A stretch of DNA of 59,849 nucleotides, filler included, from 4 parts of 4 records of this genome joined end to end with filler, not necessarily neighbours in it; one strand, 5' to 3'. Counted from the whole stretch's first letter, positions 11,480-20,315 are shown. Made by a program: numbers and translations. Notes: generated by a model not told the origin, from the sequence alone.

Positions 11480-11981
11480 TCTTCGCGCCGTACTTGCACT
11501 GGTCCTGACCCTTGGAGCCCCCGCCATCAGCCATGCTAATGGCACCGGCCTTGGCGCGCCCGTCCCACTTGGGCAGGCCACCCTGCGGTTTCTCGGCTTT
11601 GAGGTCTATACCGCCACCTTGCACACCGAAGGGGCCGATCAATTCGACTGGGACCGGCCTTTGTCGTTGCGATTGGACTACGCGCGCGGCTTTTCTGCCG
11701 AGGATCTGTTGCAGGGCACCCGCAAGGAGTTGCAGCGCATCGAGGGCACGCGCTCCGATCAACCGCAAATGCTGAAAAAACTGGCCACCTGCTTTCGCGC
11801 CGTGGGTGACGGGGACCACTACGTGGCAGTGTCCACCACGCCGGATACCGTCGAAATGCGCCTCAATGGCGCGCGGACCTGCCGTGTCTCCCACCCGGAT
11901 CTGCGCAAGCGGTTCCTCGGGATATGGCTGTCGCCCAACAGCCGGTCCGCGCGCCTTTCGGCCCAGTTGCGGGGTGACTGA
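11469..11981 (+). CDS. Exported chalcone-isomerase-fold (CHI-like) protein
   Basis: Signal-like N-terminus (..LALVLTLGAPAISHA), GQATLRFLGFEVYTATL, L.L.Y.R and C-terminal FLGIWLSP..LSAQL, typical of the bacterial Chalcone_3-type family. Confidence 0.7.
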   Translation: MQVDLRAVLALVLTLGAPAISHANGTGLGAPVPLGQATLRFLGFEVYTATLHTEGADQFDWDRPLSLRLDYARGFSAEDLLQGTRKELQRIEGTRSDQPQMLKKLATCFRAVGDGDHYVAVSTTPDTVEMRLNGARTCRVSHPDLRKRFLGIWLSPNSRSARLSAQLRGD

Positions 11982-13201
11982 TGCATCCCTGGCGCGTCAG
12001 CACTTATGCGCTGATGCTGGCGGCCGCCGGGCTGCCACTCTATATCCATCTGCCGCGCTACGCCACCGGTGAACTGGGGCTGAGCCTTGCGACCCTCGGG
12101 GTGATCCTGGCGGGCATCCGGGTGATGGATTTTGCCCAGGACCCGGCGCTTGGCTGGCTGGTGGATCGCTACCCCGCACGCAAGCCCACCTTTGCCGCAT
12201 TGGCCGCGCTTGGCATGGGGGTGGGCTTCGTGATGCTCTACACAATCCGCCCAGTGAGTGGCACAATCCCCTGGCTGATCGCCGCGCTGGTTCTGGTCTT
12301 CACCGCCTATAGCCTCGGCACCATCCTGTTCTATGGTCAGAGCGCCGCCCTCGCCGGCAGCCCAGACGGGTTGATCCGGCTTGCAGGCTATCGCGAGGCG
12401 GGCACGTTGGGCGGGATCATCCTCGCTGCGACCGCACCGACCGCGTTGGTGGCCCTTGGCGCATCTGGCAGCGGCTACAGCGCCTTTGGCCTATTGCTGG
12501 CAGCGGTCTGCCTGTTCGCCCTCGTGGTGAGCCGCCCCCTTTGGCGTGTCTCGGCACCGGCAGAACGCCCGCTGTCCCTGTCCGAGCTGCGCAGCTCCGG
12601 CGCGCTTGGCCTGCTGGGGCTGGCCTTTTTCAACGCTCTGCCGGTGGCGATCACCTCGACCCTGTTCCTGTTCTTCGTCGAGGACCGGTTGCGCCTGCCG
12701 GATCTGGCTGGCCCCTTCCTCATTCTGTTTTTCCTCGCCGCAGGCCTATCGGTGCCACTCTGGACCCGCGCCTCTGCCCGGTTCGGCCCGACCCGGGTGC
12801 TGGTGCCCGCCATGGGGCTGGCCATCCTCACCTTCATCGGGGCCGCGGCCCTGCCCACGGGGGCGGCCTTCGGGTTTGCGCTGATCTGCCTTGGCTCCGG
12901 TGCTGCGCTTGGTGCGGATATGGTGATCCTGCCGGTGCTCTTTGCCGGCGCATTGAACCGCGCCGGACTGCAGGCGGGGCGCGCCTTTGGCCTCTGGTCC
13001 TTTGCCACCAAACTGGCGCTGGCCAGTGCCGCCGTGCTGTTGCTGCCCCTGCTGGAAATCAGCGGCTACCGCCCCGGCACCGCAAATTCCGACGCCGCCC
13101 TCACCGCCCTGACGCTGGCCTATGCGGTGCTGCCCTGTCTCATCAAATGCGTCGCCATCGTGCTGGCGCTGCAACTCCCCCGTGAAGAGGTCCCTGCATG
13201 A
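11981..13201 (+). CDS. MFS transporter (MFS_2/GPH-like, RSP1089-like)
   Basis: About 12 hydrophobic segments, RVMDFAQDPALGWLVDR and FGLWSFATKLALA. Confidence 0.85.
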   Translation: MHPWRVSTYALMLAAAGLPLYIHLPRYATGELGLSLATLGVILAGIRVMDFAQDPALGWLVDRYPARKPTFAALAALGMGVGFVMLYTIRPVSGTIPWLIAALVLVFTAYSLGTILFYGQSAALAGSPDGLIRLAGYREAGTLGGIILAATAPTALVALGASGSGYSAFGLLLAAVCLFALVVSRPLWRVSAPAERPLSLSELRSSGALGLLGLAFFNALPVAITSTLFLFFVEDRLRLPDLAGPFLILFFLAAGLSVPLWTRASARFGPTRVLVPAMGLAILTFIGAAALPTGAAFGFALICLGSGAALGADMVILPVLFAGALNRAGLQAGRAFGLWSFATKLALASAAVLLLPLLEISGYRPGTANSDAALTALTLAYAVLPCLIKCVAIVLALQLPREEVPA

Positions 13202-13761
13202 AGCTCCTGCTTGCTCTTATCATCCTCGTGCTGCTCCTGCTGCTGCTGCGCCCCGGATTTGGCTTTCGCGCCCAGCGGCCCTCGGACTACGCGACCACCG
13301 GGCCCGCCTTTGACATCCGCAAGCATCTGAGCGGGCGCTTCATCTCCGAAGGGATGATCTACGGCCCCACCGGGCGCGTGGTGTCGCGGTTCGTGGCGGA
13401 GATGTCAGGCCAGTGGGACGGCAACAGCGGCACGCTGAGCGAGGATTTCCGCTATGCGGGCGGCGGCACGCAGGCGCGAAAATGGATCCTCACCGCCGGG
13501 TCCGACGGCGCGTTCACCGCCGAGGCGGACGACATCATCGGCACGGGTCGAGGTCAGCACTCCGGTGCAAGCGTGCGGCTCGACTATCGCATCCGTCTGC
13601 CCGAGGACGGCGGCGGGCATGTGCTGGACGTCACCGACTGGATGTATCTGATGGAGAACGGCACCATCATGAACCGCTCCGAGATGCGCAAGTTCGGCGT
13701 CAAGGTGGCTGAACTGATCGCCACCATTCGCCCGGCCCCGGACACGGAGGCAGAGCAATGA
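13198..13761 (+). CDS. DUF3833 family protein with N-terminal membrane anchor (RSP1088-like)
   Basis: DY....PAFDI, LSEDFRY..G..Q.RKW and DWMYLM.NG..MNRSEMRKFGVKV. Confidence 0.8.
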   Translation: MKLLLALIILVLLLLLLRPGFGFRAQRPSDYATTGPAFDIRKHLSGRFISEGMIYGPTGRVVSRFVAEMSGQWDGNSGTLSEDFRYAGGGTQARKWILTAGSDGAFTAEADDIIGTGRGQHSGASVRLDYRIRLPEDGGGHVLDVTDWMYLMENGTIMNRSEMRKFGVKVAELIATIRPAPDTEAEQ

Positions 13762-14480
13762 GTTTTGAAGGAAAGACTTGGTGGATCATCGGCGCCAGCG
13801 AAGGTCTCGGTCGTGCGTTGGCCACGGCGCTGGACCGCGAAGGCGCGCAGCTGATCCTATCCGCCCGAAACCCGGACAGGTTAACGGAATTGGCCGGTGA
13901 GCTGCGCGACGCCGTGCCGTTGCCGATGGATGTGACCGACGCGCGATCCGTGACGGCAGCGGCAGAGGCGGCCCAAGATGCGGATGCGGTGCTCTATTGC
14001 GCCGGTCTTTATGATCCGATGACGGTTCAGGACTGGGAGCCCGAGGCAGCCGAAGAAATCTGTGAGGTGAACTTCATGGGGGTCATGCGTGTGCTGGGCA
14101 GAGTGGCCCCGCGCATGGCACAGCGGGGGCGCGGGCATATCGCCTTGATCGGCTCGCTTGCTGGCTACACGGGCTTGCCCGGAGCCATCGGCTATGGTGC
14201 CTCCAAGGCGGCGGTGATGCATCTGGGCGAAAACCTGCATCGTGATCTGCGTGATACGGATGTGAAGGTTCAGGTGATAAACCCCGGCTTCATCAAGACC
14301 CGGCTGACCGCGAAGAACGACTTCACGATGCCGATGATTCAAAGCCCCGAGGACGCTGCGGCCTGTTGCATGAAAGCGCTGCGCTCAAACCGGTTTCAAA
14401 GCGCCTTTCCCGCGCCATTTTCCTGGGTCTTTCGCATCGCGGCGTATCTGCCACGCAAACTTGTCACGAGGCTCATATGA
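13758..14480 (+). CDS. Short-chain dehydrogenase/reductase (RSP1087-like)
   Basis: IIGASEGLG, YGASK (YxxxK) and INPGFIKT. Confidence 0.9.
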   Translation: MSFEGKTWWIIGASEGLGRALATALDREGAQLILSARNPDRLTELAGELRDAVPLPMDVTDARSVTAAAEAAQDADAVLYCAGLYDPMTVQDWEPEAAEEICEVNFMGVMRVLGRVAPRMAQRGRGHIALIGSLAGYTGLPGAIGYGASKAAVMHLGENLHRDLRDTDVKVQVINPGFIKTRLTAKNDFTMPMIQSPEDAAACCMKALRSNRFQSAFPAPFSWVFRIAAYLPRKLVTRLI

Positions 14481-15208
14481 CGCAGAGCACTCCCCGCGAA
14501 GTCGTCATTTTCGGCGCGTCAGGAGGGCTGGGGCGTGCATTGGTCGCGGCCTACGCCGCACGCGACAGCGTCACCCGCATCCATGCCGTCGGACGCCGCG
14601 TTGATGCATTGCCAACCGGCGAGAAGATCACTCCGCACCGCGCCGACATCACCTGCGAGACGGACCTAGAGGCGCTGGCGTCACAGCTGGGAGAACCGGA
14701 TCTGGTTCTGGTGGCCACCGGCCTGCTGAGCGACCCCGAAACAGGGCTGAAGCCGGAAAAATCCTATCGTCAGCAAAGCATGGCCGCTTTCGAACAGGTG
14801 TTCCGCGTCAATACGTTCGGCCCCGGGCTGGTGGCCAAACACCTGCTGGGGCGGATGCCGCGTCAGGGCCGCACGGTCTTTGCGGCGTTGTCCGCGCGGG
14901 TCGGGTCAATTTCCGACAATGGATTTGGCGGCTGGCACGCCTATCGAGCGTCCAAGGCCGCGCTGTGCATGTTGATGCGCAACTATGCGATCGAGGTGGC
15001 GCGCAAGAACCCGGATGCGATTTGTGTCTGCCTGCATCCGGGAACCGTCGACACAGGCTTGTCGGCTCCGTTTCAGTCCAATGTGCCGCAGGATAGGCTG
15101 TTCACGCCCGCACATGCCGCCCATTGTCTGCAGCAGGTTTTGGACAGGTTGCATCCAGAGGACAGCGGCGGGCATTTCGCCTGGTCGAGTCAGGAGATCC
15201 CGGCATAA
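14477..15208 (+). CDS. SDR oxidoreductase of the CsgA/C-factor-like subfamily
   Basis: FGASGGLG, SARVGSISDNGFGGWHAYRASKAAL and LHPGTVDTGLS. ATGA overlap with the upstream SDR. Confidence 0.88.
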   Translation: MTQSTPREVVIFGASGGLGRALVAAYAARDSVTRIHAVGRRVDALPTGEKITPHRADITCETDLEALASQLGEPDLVLVATGLLSDPETGLKPEKSYRQQSMAAFEQVFRVNTFGPGLVAKHLLGRMPRQGRTVFAALSARVGSISDNGFGGWHAYRASKAALCMLMRNYAIEVARKNPDAICVCLHPGTVDTGLSAPFQSNVPQDRLFTPAHAAHCLQQVLDRLHPEDSGGHFAWSSQEIPA

Positions 15209-15231
15209 CCGCACCGGTGCGCGCCTGCGAC

Positions 15232-15415
15232 GGGGGCGCTCCCGCCCCGTCCCGATGCCCCGCCCTGCCGGGCGGGCCACACGCGACGCGTTGGGAATGG
15301 CCTTCTGCCCCGTCCGGGGCAGAAGGCGCCGCCGGGCCGAACCGGCCCGGCGCTTGGCCCAACCGCAGACTGGGTCCCTGACCAGGGGCACGGTCTTGTG
15401 GGCGGGAGCCCTCCC
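15232..15415. repeat. Nested multi-hairpin intergenic element (REP/MITE-like or structured RNA)
   Basis: Outer inverted repeat 15232-15247/15400-15415 (14/16). Perfect stems 15300-15311/15316-15327 (12 bp), 15330-15339/15343-15352 (10 bp) and 15259-15265/15270-15276. TTGGG/CCCAA closing pair. Confidence 0.6.
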
Positions 15416-15499
15416 CTCCCTTGCACCCCGAACGGGTTCCGGCGAGACTGTCCCGGACGTGCCGCGCGCCCGAACGGCACCGGGAGGAGACCATCGCTT

Positions 15500-17482
15500 G
15501 TGCTGAAATCTGTCCGCCTGCGCCTGCTGATCCTCGCGCTCCTTCCGCTCATTGTGCTGATGCCGCTATTGATGGTGATGGCCATGGCGCGCTGGAACGC
15601 CGACTACGACAAGGTGCTGATCGCCAATGTCGAGAGTGACCTGCGCATCGCCGAACAATACCTCGGTCAGCTGCAAAGCAACTCTGCCCGCGCGCTGCAG
15701 GGGGTGGCGGACTCGGCCCGTCTTGCCGGTATCCGGTCCGACGATCCCAACGAGATTCCCGGTTTTCTTGCCGAGCAGAAAGATCTGCTGCAGCTCGATT
15801 TTCTCTATCTTTTGCATGGCGATGCGCTGACCGCAGCCAAGGCAAAATGGCCCGTGGTGCATGAGGCCGCCGCCGGGCGTATGGCCTCGGAAATCGACAT
15901 CTTTGCGGCTGCCGACCTGCAGGCCCTCTCCCCGGCCCTGGCCGCCCAGGCGCGGACCGACCTGATCGAGACCGAAGCCGCGGCGCCCACGGATCGCAAC
16001 GTCGAAGACCGCGGCATGGTGGTGCACACTGCCGCTCCCCTGCGTATCAGCGGCGCAGATGGTGTGCTGGTTGGCGGGTTGCTCCTGAACCGCAACCTCG
16101 ACTTCATCGACACCATCAATGCGCTGGTCTATCTGCACGGACAATCCGACGTCAGCCGGCAGGGCACCGCAACACTGTTTCTTGACGACACCCGCATCTC
16201 CACCAATGTGCGCCTGTTCGAAGACGTGCGCGCGCTTGGAACGCGGGTTTCGGCTGCCGTGCGCGGAACCGTTCTGGGCGACGGCACAACCTGGCTCGAC
16301 CGCGCGTTTGTCGTGAACGACTGGTATATCTCCGGCTACATGCCCCTCACCGACAGTTTCGGAAAACGGGTCGGCATGCTTTATGTCGGGTTTCTCGAGG
16401 CCCCGTACAAGGCTGCAAAGACCGCCGCATACTGGACGGTTGCTGGCGCGTTTGTTCTGGTCATCGCCTTGACCGCGCCGTTATTCCTGTGGCTGGCCAA
16501 GGGAATTTTTGCGCCGCTCGAACGCATGACCCGCACCATGGCGCGCGTCGAACGCGGCGATCTCACGGCTCGCAACGGCACCATTGGCCGCAGCGACGAA
16601 ATCGGCCAGGTGGCCAGCCATCTCGACACCTTGCTGGATCAGGTGCAGGAGCGGGATCAGCGCCTGCGCAACTGGGCCGATGAGCTGAACGCCCGTGTGG
16701 AGGAACGTACCCGCGAACTCAAAATCGCCAATGACAAGCTGGAGGAGACATTCCGGCAGTTGGTGATGAGCGAAAAGCTCGCTTCGATCGGCGAAATCAC
16801 CGCCGGCGTTGCCCATGAGATCAACAATCCGGTCGCGGTGATTCAAGGCAATGTTGATGTGATGCGCATGACGCTGGGCGCGGCTGCCGACCCTATACAG
16901 ACCGAACTTGACCTGATCGACAATCAGGTGATGCGGATCGGGGCTATCGTCGGAAAGTTGCTGCAATTCGCCCGCCCGTCGGAATTCGGCACCTTTGCCG
17001 AACATGTGGATGTGGCTGCCGTGGTTCGGGATTGTCTGGTATTGGTGGATCATGTGATCTCAAAACAAGAGATCCGGGTACTCACCCAATTCGATGCCGC
17101 ACCCTGCGTGCGTATCGATCCCGGAGAGTTGCAGCAGGTGGTGATCAACATCATCATCAACGCCAGCCAGGCGATGGCCGGGCGTGGCACCCTTGCGATC
17201 TCTCTCAATGCGGCATCCCCTGAGGGGCAGCACGGCACTGCCCTTCGCATCGCAGACACCGGTCCCGGCATTCCGCCTGAGCGGATCGATCATATATTTG
17301 ATCCGTTTTTTACCACCAAGCCAGGTGAAGGCACCGGGCTGGGGCTATCCATCAGCCAGACTTTGATCCAACGCGCTGGGGGCCGCATCACAGTTCGGAA
17401 CCGTCAAGCGCTTGGAACAGAGTTCCTGATCTGGCTGCCGGATCCTTCATCGCCCGCCGCAGGCCTCACCGCCCCGCACTAG
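15500..17482 (+). CDS. Membrane sensor histidine kinase (Cache-type periplasmic domain, HAMP, HisKA, HATPase)
   Basis: Two TM segments, RAFVVNDWYISGY Cache motif, DEIGQ HAMP, EKLASIG..AGVAHEINNP H-box, QQV..NII.NA, DTGPGI and FDPFFTTK..GTGLGL. GGAGGA RBS before GTG 15500. Confidence 0.93.
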   Translation: MLKSVRLRLLILALLPLIVLMPLLMVMAMARWNADYDKVLIANVESDLRIAEQYLGQLQSNSARALQGVADSARLAGIRSDDPNEIPGFLAEQKDLLQLDFLYLLHGDALTAAKAKWPVVHEAAAGRMASEIDIFAAADLQALSPALAAQARTDLIETEAAAPTDRNVEDRGMVVHTAAPLRISGADGVLVGGLLLNRNLDFIDTINALVYLHGQSDVSRQGTATLFLDDTRISTNVRLFEDVRALGTRVSAAVRGTVLGDGTTWLDRAFVVNDWYISGYMPLTDSFGKRVGMLYVGFLEAPYKAAKTAAYWTVAGAFVLVIALTAPLFLWLAKGIFAPLERMTRTMARVERGDLTARNGTIGRSDEIGQVASHLDTLLDQVQERDQRLRNWADELNARVEERTRELKIANDKLEETFRQLVMSEKLASIGEITAGVAHEINNPVAVIQGNVDVMRMTLGAAADPIQTELDLIDNQVMRIGAIVGKLLQFARPSEFGTFAEHVDVAAVVRDCLVLVDHVISKQEIRVLTQFDAAPCVRIDPGELQQVVINIIINASQAMAGRGTLAISLNAASPEGQHGTALRIADTGPGIPPERIDHIFDPFFTTKPGEGTGLGLSISQTLIQRAGGRITVRNRQALGTEFLIWLPDPSSPAAGLTAPH

Positions 17483-17539
17483 CACGGCGTCGCGACACAC
17501 CGCTGTCAGGGTTTGCACTCAGCCGTCGGCTAAGGCGTC

Positions 17540-18889
17540 TCAAACGCCCCAGCTGGCGCATTTCCTGTCGATGGTCTTGCGCGAGACCCCAAGCCGCCGC
17601 GCCGCCTCTGCCCGGTTGCCCTCACAGGCATCGAGCACATGCATGATATGGCGCTGCATCACCATATCGAGGTTTTCGACCGCCTCCACTCCGGTGACGG
17701 ACCCAGTGCCTGTGAATTCCTCTGGAAATGCGCCCAGGATCACCGAGCGCTCGACAAGGTTGCGCAGCTCCCGCACGTTTCCGGGCCAGTCGTAGCGGGA
17801 GAATTTCAGCAGTGTTTCCTCATCCAGCTCCAATGTTGGCATGCCGAGACTGAGGGCAAATTGCTCCACGAACAAAGCGGCCAGCTCGACGATATCCTCG
17901 ATGCGCTCACTGAGCGGCGGCATCTCGATATTGACCACATTGATGCGATGATAGAGATCGGCACGAAACCGCCCCCCCTCTACCGCCTGCTGCAAATCCG
18001 CATTGGTGGCAAAGAGAAAGCGCAGATTCAGCGGGATGTCACGCTCCGCCCCCACCGGACGCACCTTCTGATCTTCCAGCACCCGCAACAGCGCCGCCTG
18101 CACCTGTTCAGGCATCTGCGCCACTTCATCAAGGAACAGCGTGCCGCCATCGGCATGCAGGAACAGCCCGTCGCGACGGCGGTCCTGCGCATCGATCACG
18201 CCAAACAATTCCTCCGCCAGCCGATCCGGCGACAGGCCGGCGCAGTTGACGGCAACAAAGGGCTGTTCGGCCCGGTCAGACAGCGAATGCAGCGTGCGCG
18301 CCGCAATCTCCTTGCCGGTGCCAGACGCCCCTGTGAACAGCACCGGCGTCGGCAGCGGGGCGAGACGCTGCAGCATCTGGCGGACCTTGCCGATGGCCAC
18401 GGATTTGCCCAGCAACCGCCCGCGGGCGCCCGCGTTCTCTGCCGAGAGCTCATGTTTCAGTAGGTAGTTTTCGCGGCGCAAATACTTGCGATCCAACGCC
18501 CGCGCTACCGCGTTCAGGATCTGATTGGCGCGAAAAGGTTTGAGCACGAAATCCGCAATCCCGATCCGCAACGCCTGAATGGCAGTGTCCAGATCCGCAT
18601 AGGCCGTAACCAGAATGGTATCAGCGAACAGCCCCACCCGACGCTGCTCGGCGACCCACTCCAGTCCGGTCTTACCAGGCATGATATTGTCCAGCACGAT
18701 CAGATCGAAATGCGCCTTGTCGAGAATGTCGGAGGCTTCCTTCGCCGATGCTGCCTGTTCCACCCGTTTACAGCGTGGTTCCAGCACCTTGGTCATGAAA
18801 TGGCGCATACCGGGTTCATCATCGATCACCAAGATCGATGCTGACGACAGCGACTCGGAGTATTCGTCGCGGATGGCGGTGACGTTCAT
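17540..18889 (-). CDS. NtrC-family response regulator (REC, AAA+, Fis HTH) lacking the GAFTGA loop
   Basis: ILVIDDE, LD..MPG, Walker A GASGTGKE, Walker B LFLDE, FRADLYHRI, WPGNVRELRN and HTH NRAEAARRLGVSRKT. Confidence 0.93.
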   Translation of the reverse strand: MNVTAIRDEYSESLSSASILVIDDEPGMRHFMTKVLEPRCKRVEQAASAKEASDILDKAHFDLIVLDNIMPGKTGLEWVAEQRRVGLFADTILVTAYADLDTAIQALRIGIADFVLKPFRANQILNAVARALDRKYLRRENYLLKHELSAENAGARGRLLGKSVAIGKVRQMLQRLAPLPTPVLFTGASGTGKEIAARTLHSLSDRAEQPFVAVNCAGLSPDRLAEELFGVIDAQDRRRDGLFLHADGGTLFLDEVAQMPEQVQAALLRVLEDQKVRPVGAERDIPLNLRFLFATNADLQQAVEGGRFRADLYHRINVVNIEMPPLSERIEDIVELAALFVEQFALSLGMPTLELDEETLLKFSRYDWPGNVRELRNLVERSVILGAFPEEFTGTGSVTGVEAVENLDMVMQRHIMHVLDACEGNRAEAARRLGVSRKTIDRKCASWGV

Positions 18890-18897
18890 CTGCGCGA

Positions 18898-19023
18898 TCA
18901 GTTCAGGCGCACGGAGGTGCCGGATGTGCGGTCCTGTGCGGAAAATCCTGCGCGCTCTAGCGCAAAATCCGCACCAATGGCGATCACGGCGATGAGGGCA
19001 AAGCCCGCAAACATGGCTTTCAT
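18898..19023 (-). CDS. 41-aa small membrane-associated protein MKAMFAGFALIAVIAIGADFALERAGFSAQDRTSGTSVRLN
   Basis: The ATG sits 1 nt after the upstream stop, with an AGAGGA RBS. Its stop is 8 nt before the regulator ATG. One hydrophobic helix and GC3-rich codons. Below the ORF-track size cutoff. Confidence 0.7.
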   Translation of the reverse strand: MKAMFAGFALIAVIAIGADFALERAGFSAQDRTSGTSVRLN

Positions 19024-19024
19024 G

Positions 19025-20311
19025 TCAGTTGTCCTCTTGATGTGTTGTTGCAGTTTTCAGGTAGTCTATCAGATCCCGCCGGTCGGTGGCGGCAGTGATC
19101 CGCTGCATCGGCATCTTGGAGCCGGGAATATAATGGTCCGGCCCCTGATCGAAAAGCGCATCTATGGTCTCGGCGTTCCAGAGGAAATCGGCGCCCGACA
19201 GCGTATCGGAATACCGATACTCCGCAAGACTGCCCGCTGCCCTGCCAAACAACCCCGCCAGATGCGGCCCGGCCTTGCGGTCACCCTCATCGCGCAGCGC
19301 GTGGCAGATCGAACATTTGCGCGTGAACTGGCGCTCGCCGTTGCTCATGCTGTCCGGGTTCTGCAGAAAGCTGCGCGTCTCATCGCCCACCGCATCAAAC
19401 TGCCCCATCAAGGCGACCGGCCAGCCATAGACCACATCGTGAATGCCCCCGGCCCAGATGCGCGTCCCGTCGGGCGAAAACGCCAGCGCCCAGACCGGCC
19501 CCTCGCGCATCGCGTGGAAATCGCGGGTGATACTCCAGGTCTTGGTGTCGATCATCATGATGTAGCCATGGCCATCGCCCACTGCAATCTGCCCGGTTGC
19601 CGCGTGATGGCTGAGCGCCAGGATCGGGCGACGCTCCAGGGTGAAATCGGCGATCTGTGTGCCGCTGTCGATGTCGATCACCCGGGTGCTGCCATCCACC
19701 GCGCCATAGGCCAGCCACCCTGCGTCCGAAAGGACAATGCGGTTGATGCCAAAGCCCTGCTGTGCCAGCATCCGGGGCACTGCTTCGACGTCCTCATAAA
19801 GCAGCAGCAGCCCGGTCATGGTGGCGGCAAAGAGGCGCCCGACAGTATCAAACTGCACGTCATTGACGCCCGCCCCGACTTCGATCACGCGTCCCTGCCC
19901 GCCGTCCAACGGCCAGAGACCGATGCTGCCGTCCCAGCTGGCCGAGGCCAGCCAGCGCCCGTCGGCAGAGAGATCCAGCGCGCCGATCTTGCCCGCATGA
20001 CGGCCGATTTCCTGCGCGCGCCCCTGCTGCCAGCGATAGATCACAAAGTCATCGCCGCCGCTGAACACATCACCAGAAGACCCGAAGGTGAGGGCGGTGA
20101 CCGCCGCATCATGGGCCTCCAGCCAGATCGGCCTGCCGCCCTGCCACAGCGCCACCGCATTGTCGAAACTGGCGCTTGCCACCTGCCCGTCCGCATCCAC
20201 CGCCAGCGCCATGATCGGCCCGCCGTGTCCCTTCAGGGTCACGAAGTCCGCCTCCCCGTTTGCCAGCAGGGGCGACGCCAGAAGGATCAGGCCAAGCGCC
20301 AGCCGCCGCAT
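19025..20311 (-). CDS. Periplasmic WD40 beta-propeller fused to a C-terminal class I cytochrome c
   Basis: Signal peptide MRRLALGLILLASPLLA; WD40 repeats (GHGGPI..SASFDNAVALW; LASASWDGSIGLW); CSICH heme motif; GPHLAGLFGR and PGSKMP (axial Met). Confidence 0.9.
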   Translation of the reverse strand: MRRLALGLILLASPLLANGEADFVTLKGHGGPIMALAVDADGQVASASFDNAVALWQGGRPIWLEAHDAAVTALTFGSSGDVFSGGDDFVIYRWQQGRAQEIGRHAGKIGALDLSADGRWLASASWDGSIGLWPLDGGQGRVIEVGAGVNDVQFDTVGRLFAATMTGLLLLYEDVEAVPRMLAQQGFGINRIVLSDAGWLAYGAVDGSTRVIDIDSGTQIADFTLERRPILALSHHAATGQIAVGDGHGYIMMIDTKTWSITRDFHAMREGPVWALAFSPDGTRIWAGGIHDVVYGWPVALMGQFDAVGDETRSFLQNPDSMSNGERQFTRKCSICHALRDEGDRKAGPHLAGLFGRAAGSLAEYRYSDTLSGADFLWNAETIDALFDQGPDHYIPGSKMPMQRITAATDRRDLIDYLKTATTHQEDN

Positions 20312-20315
20312 GATC

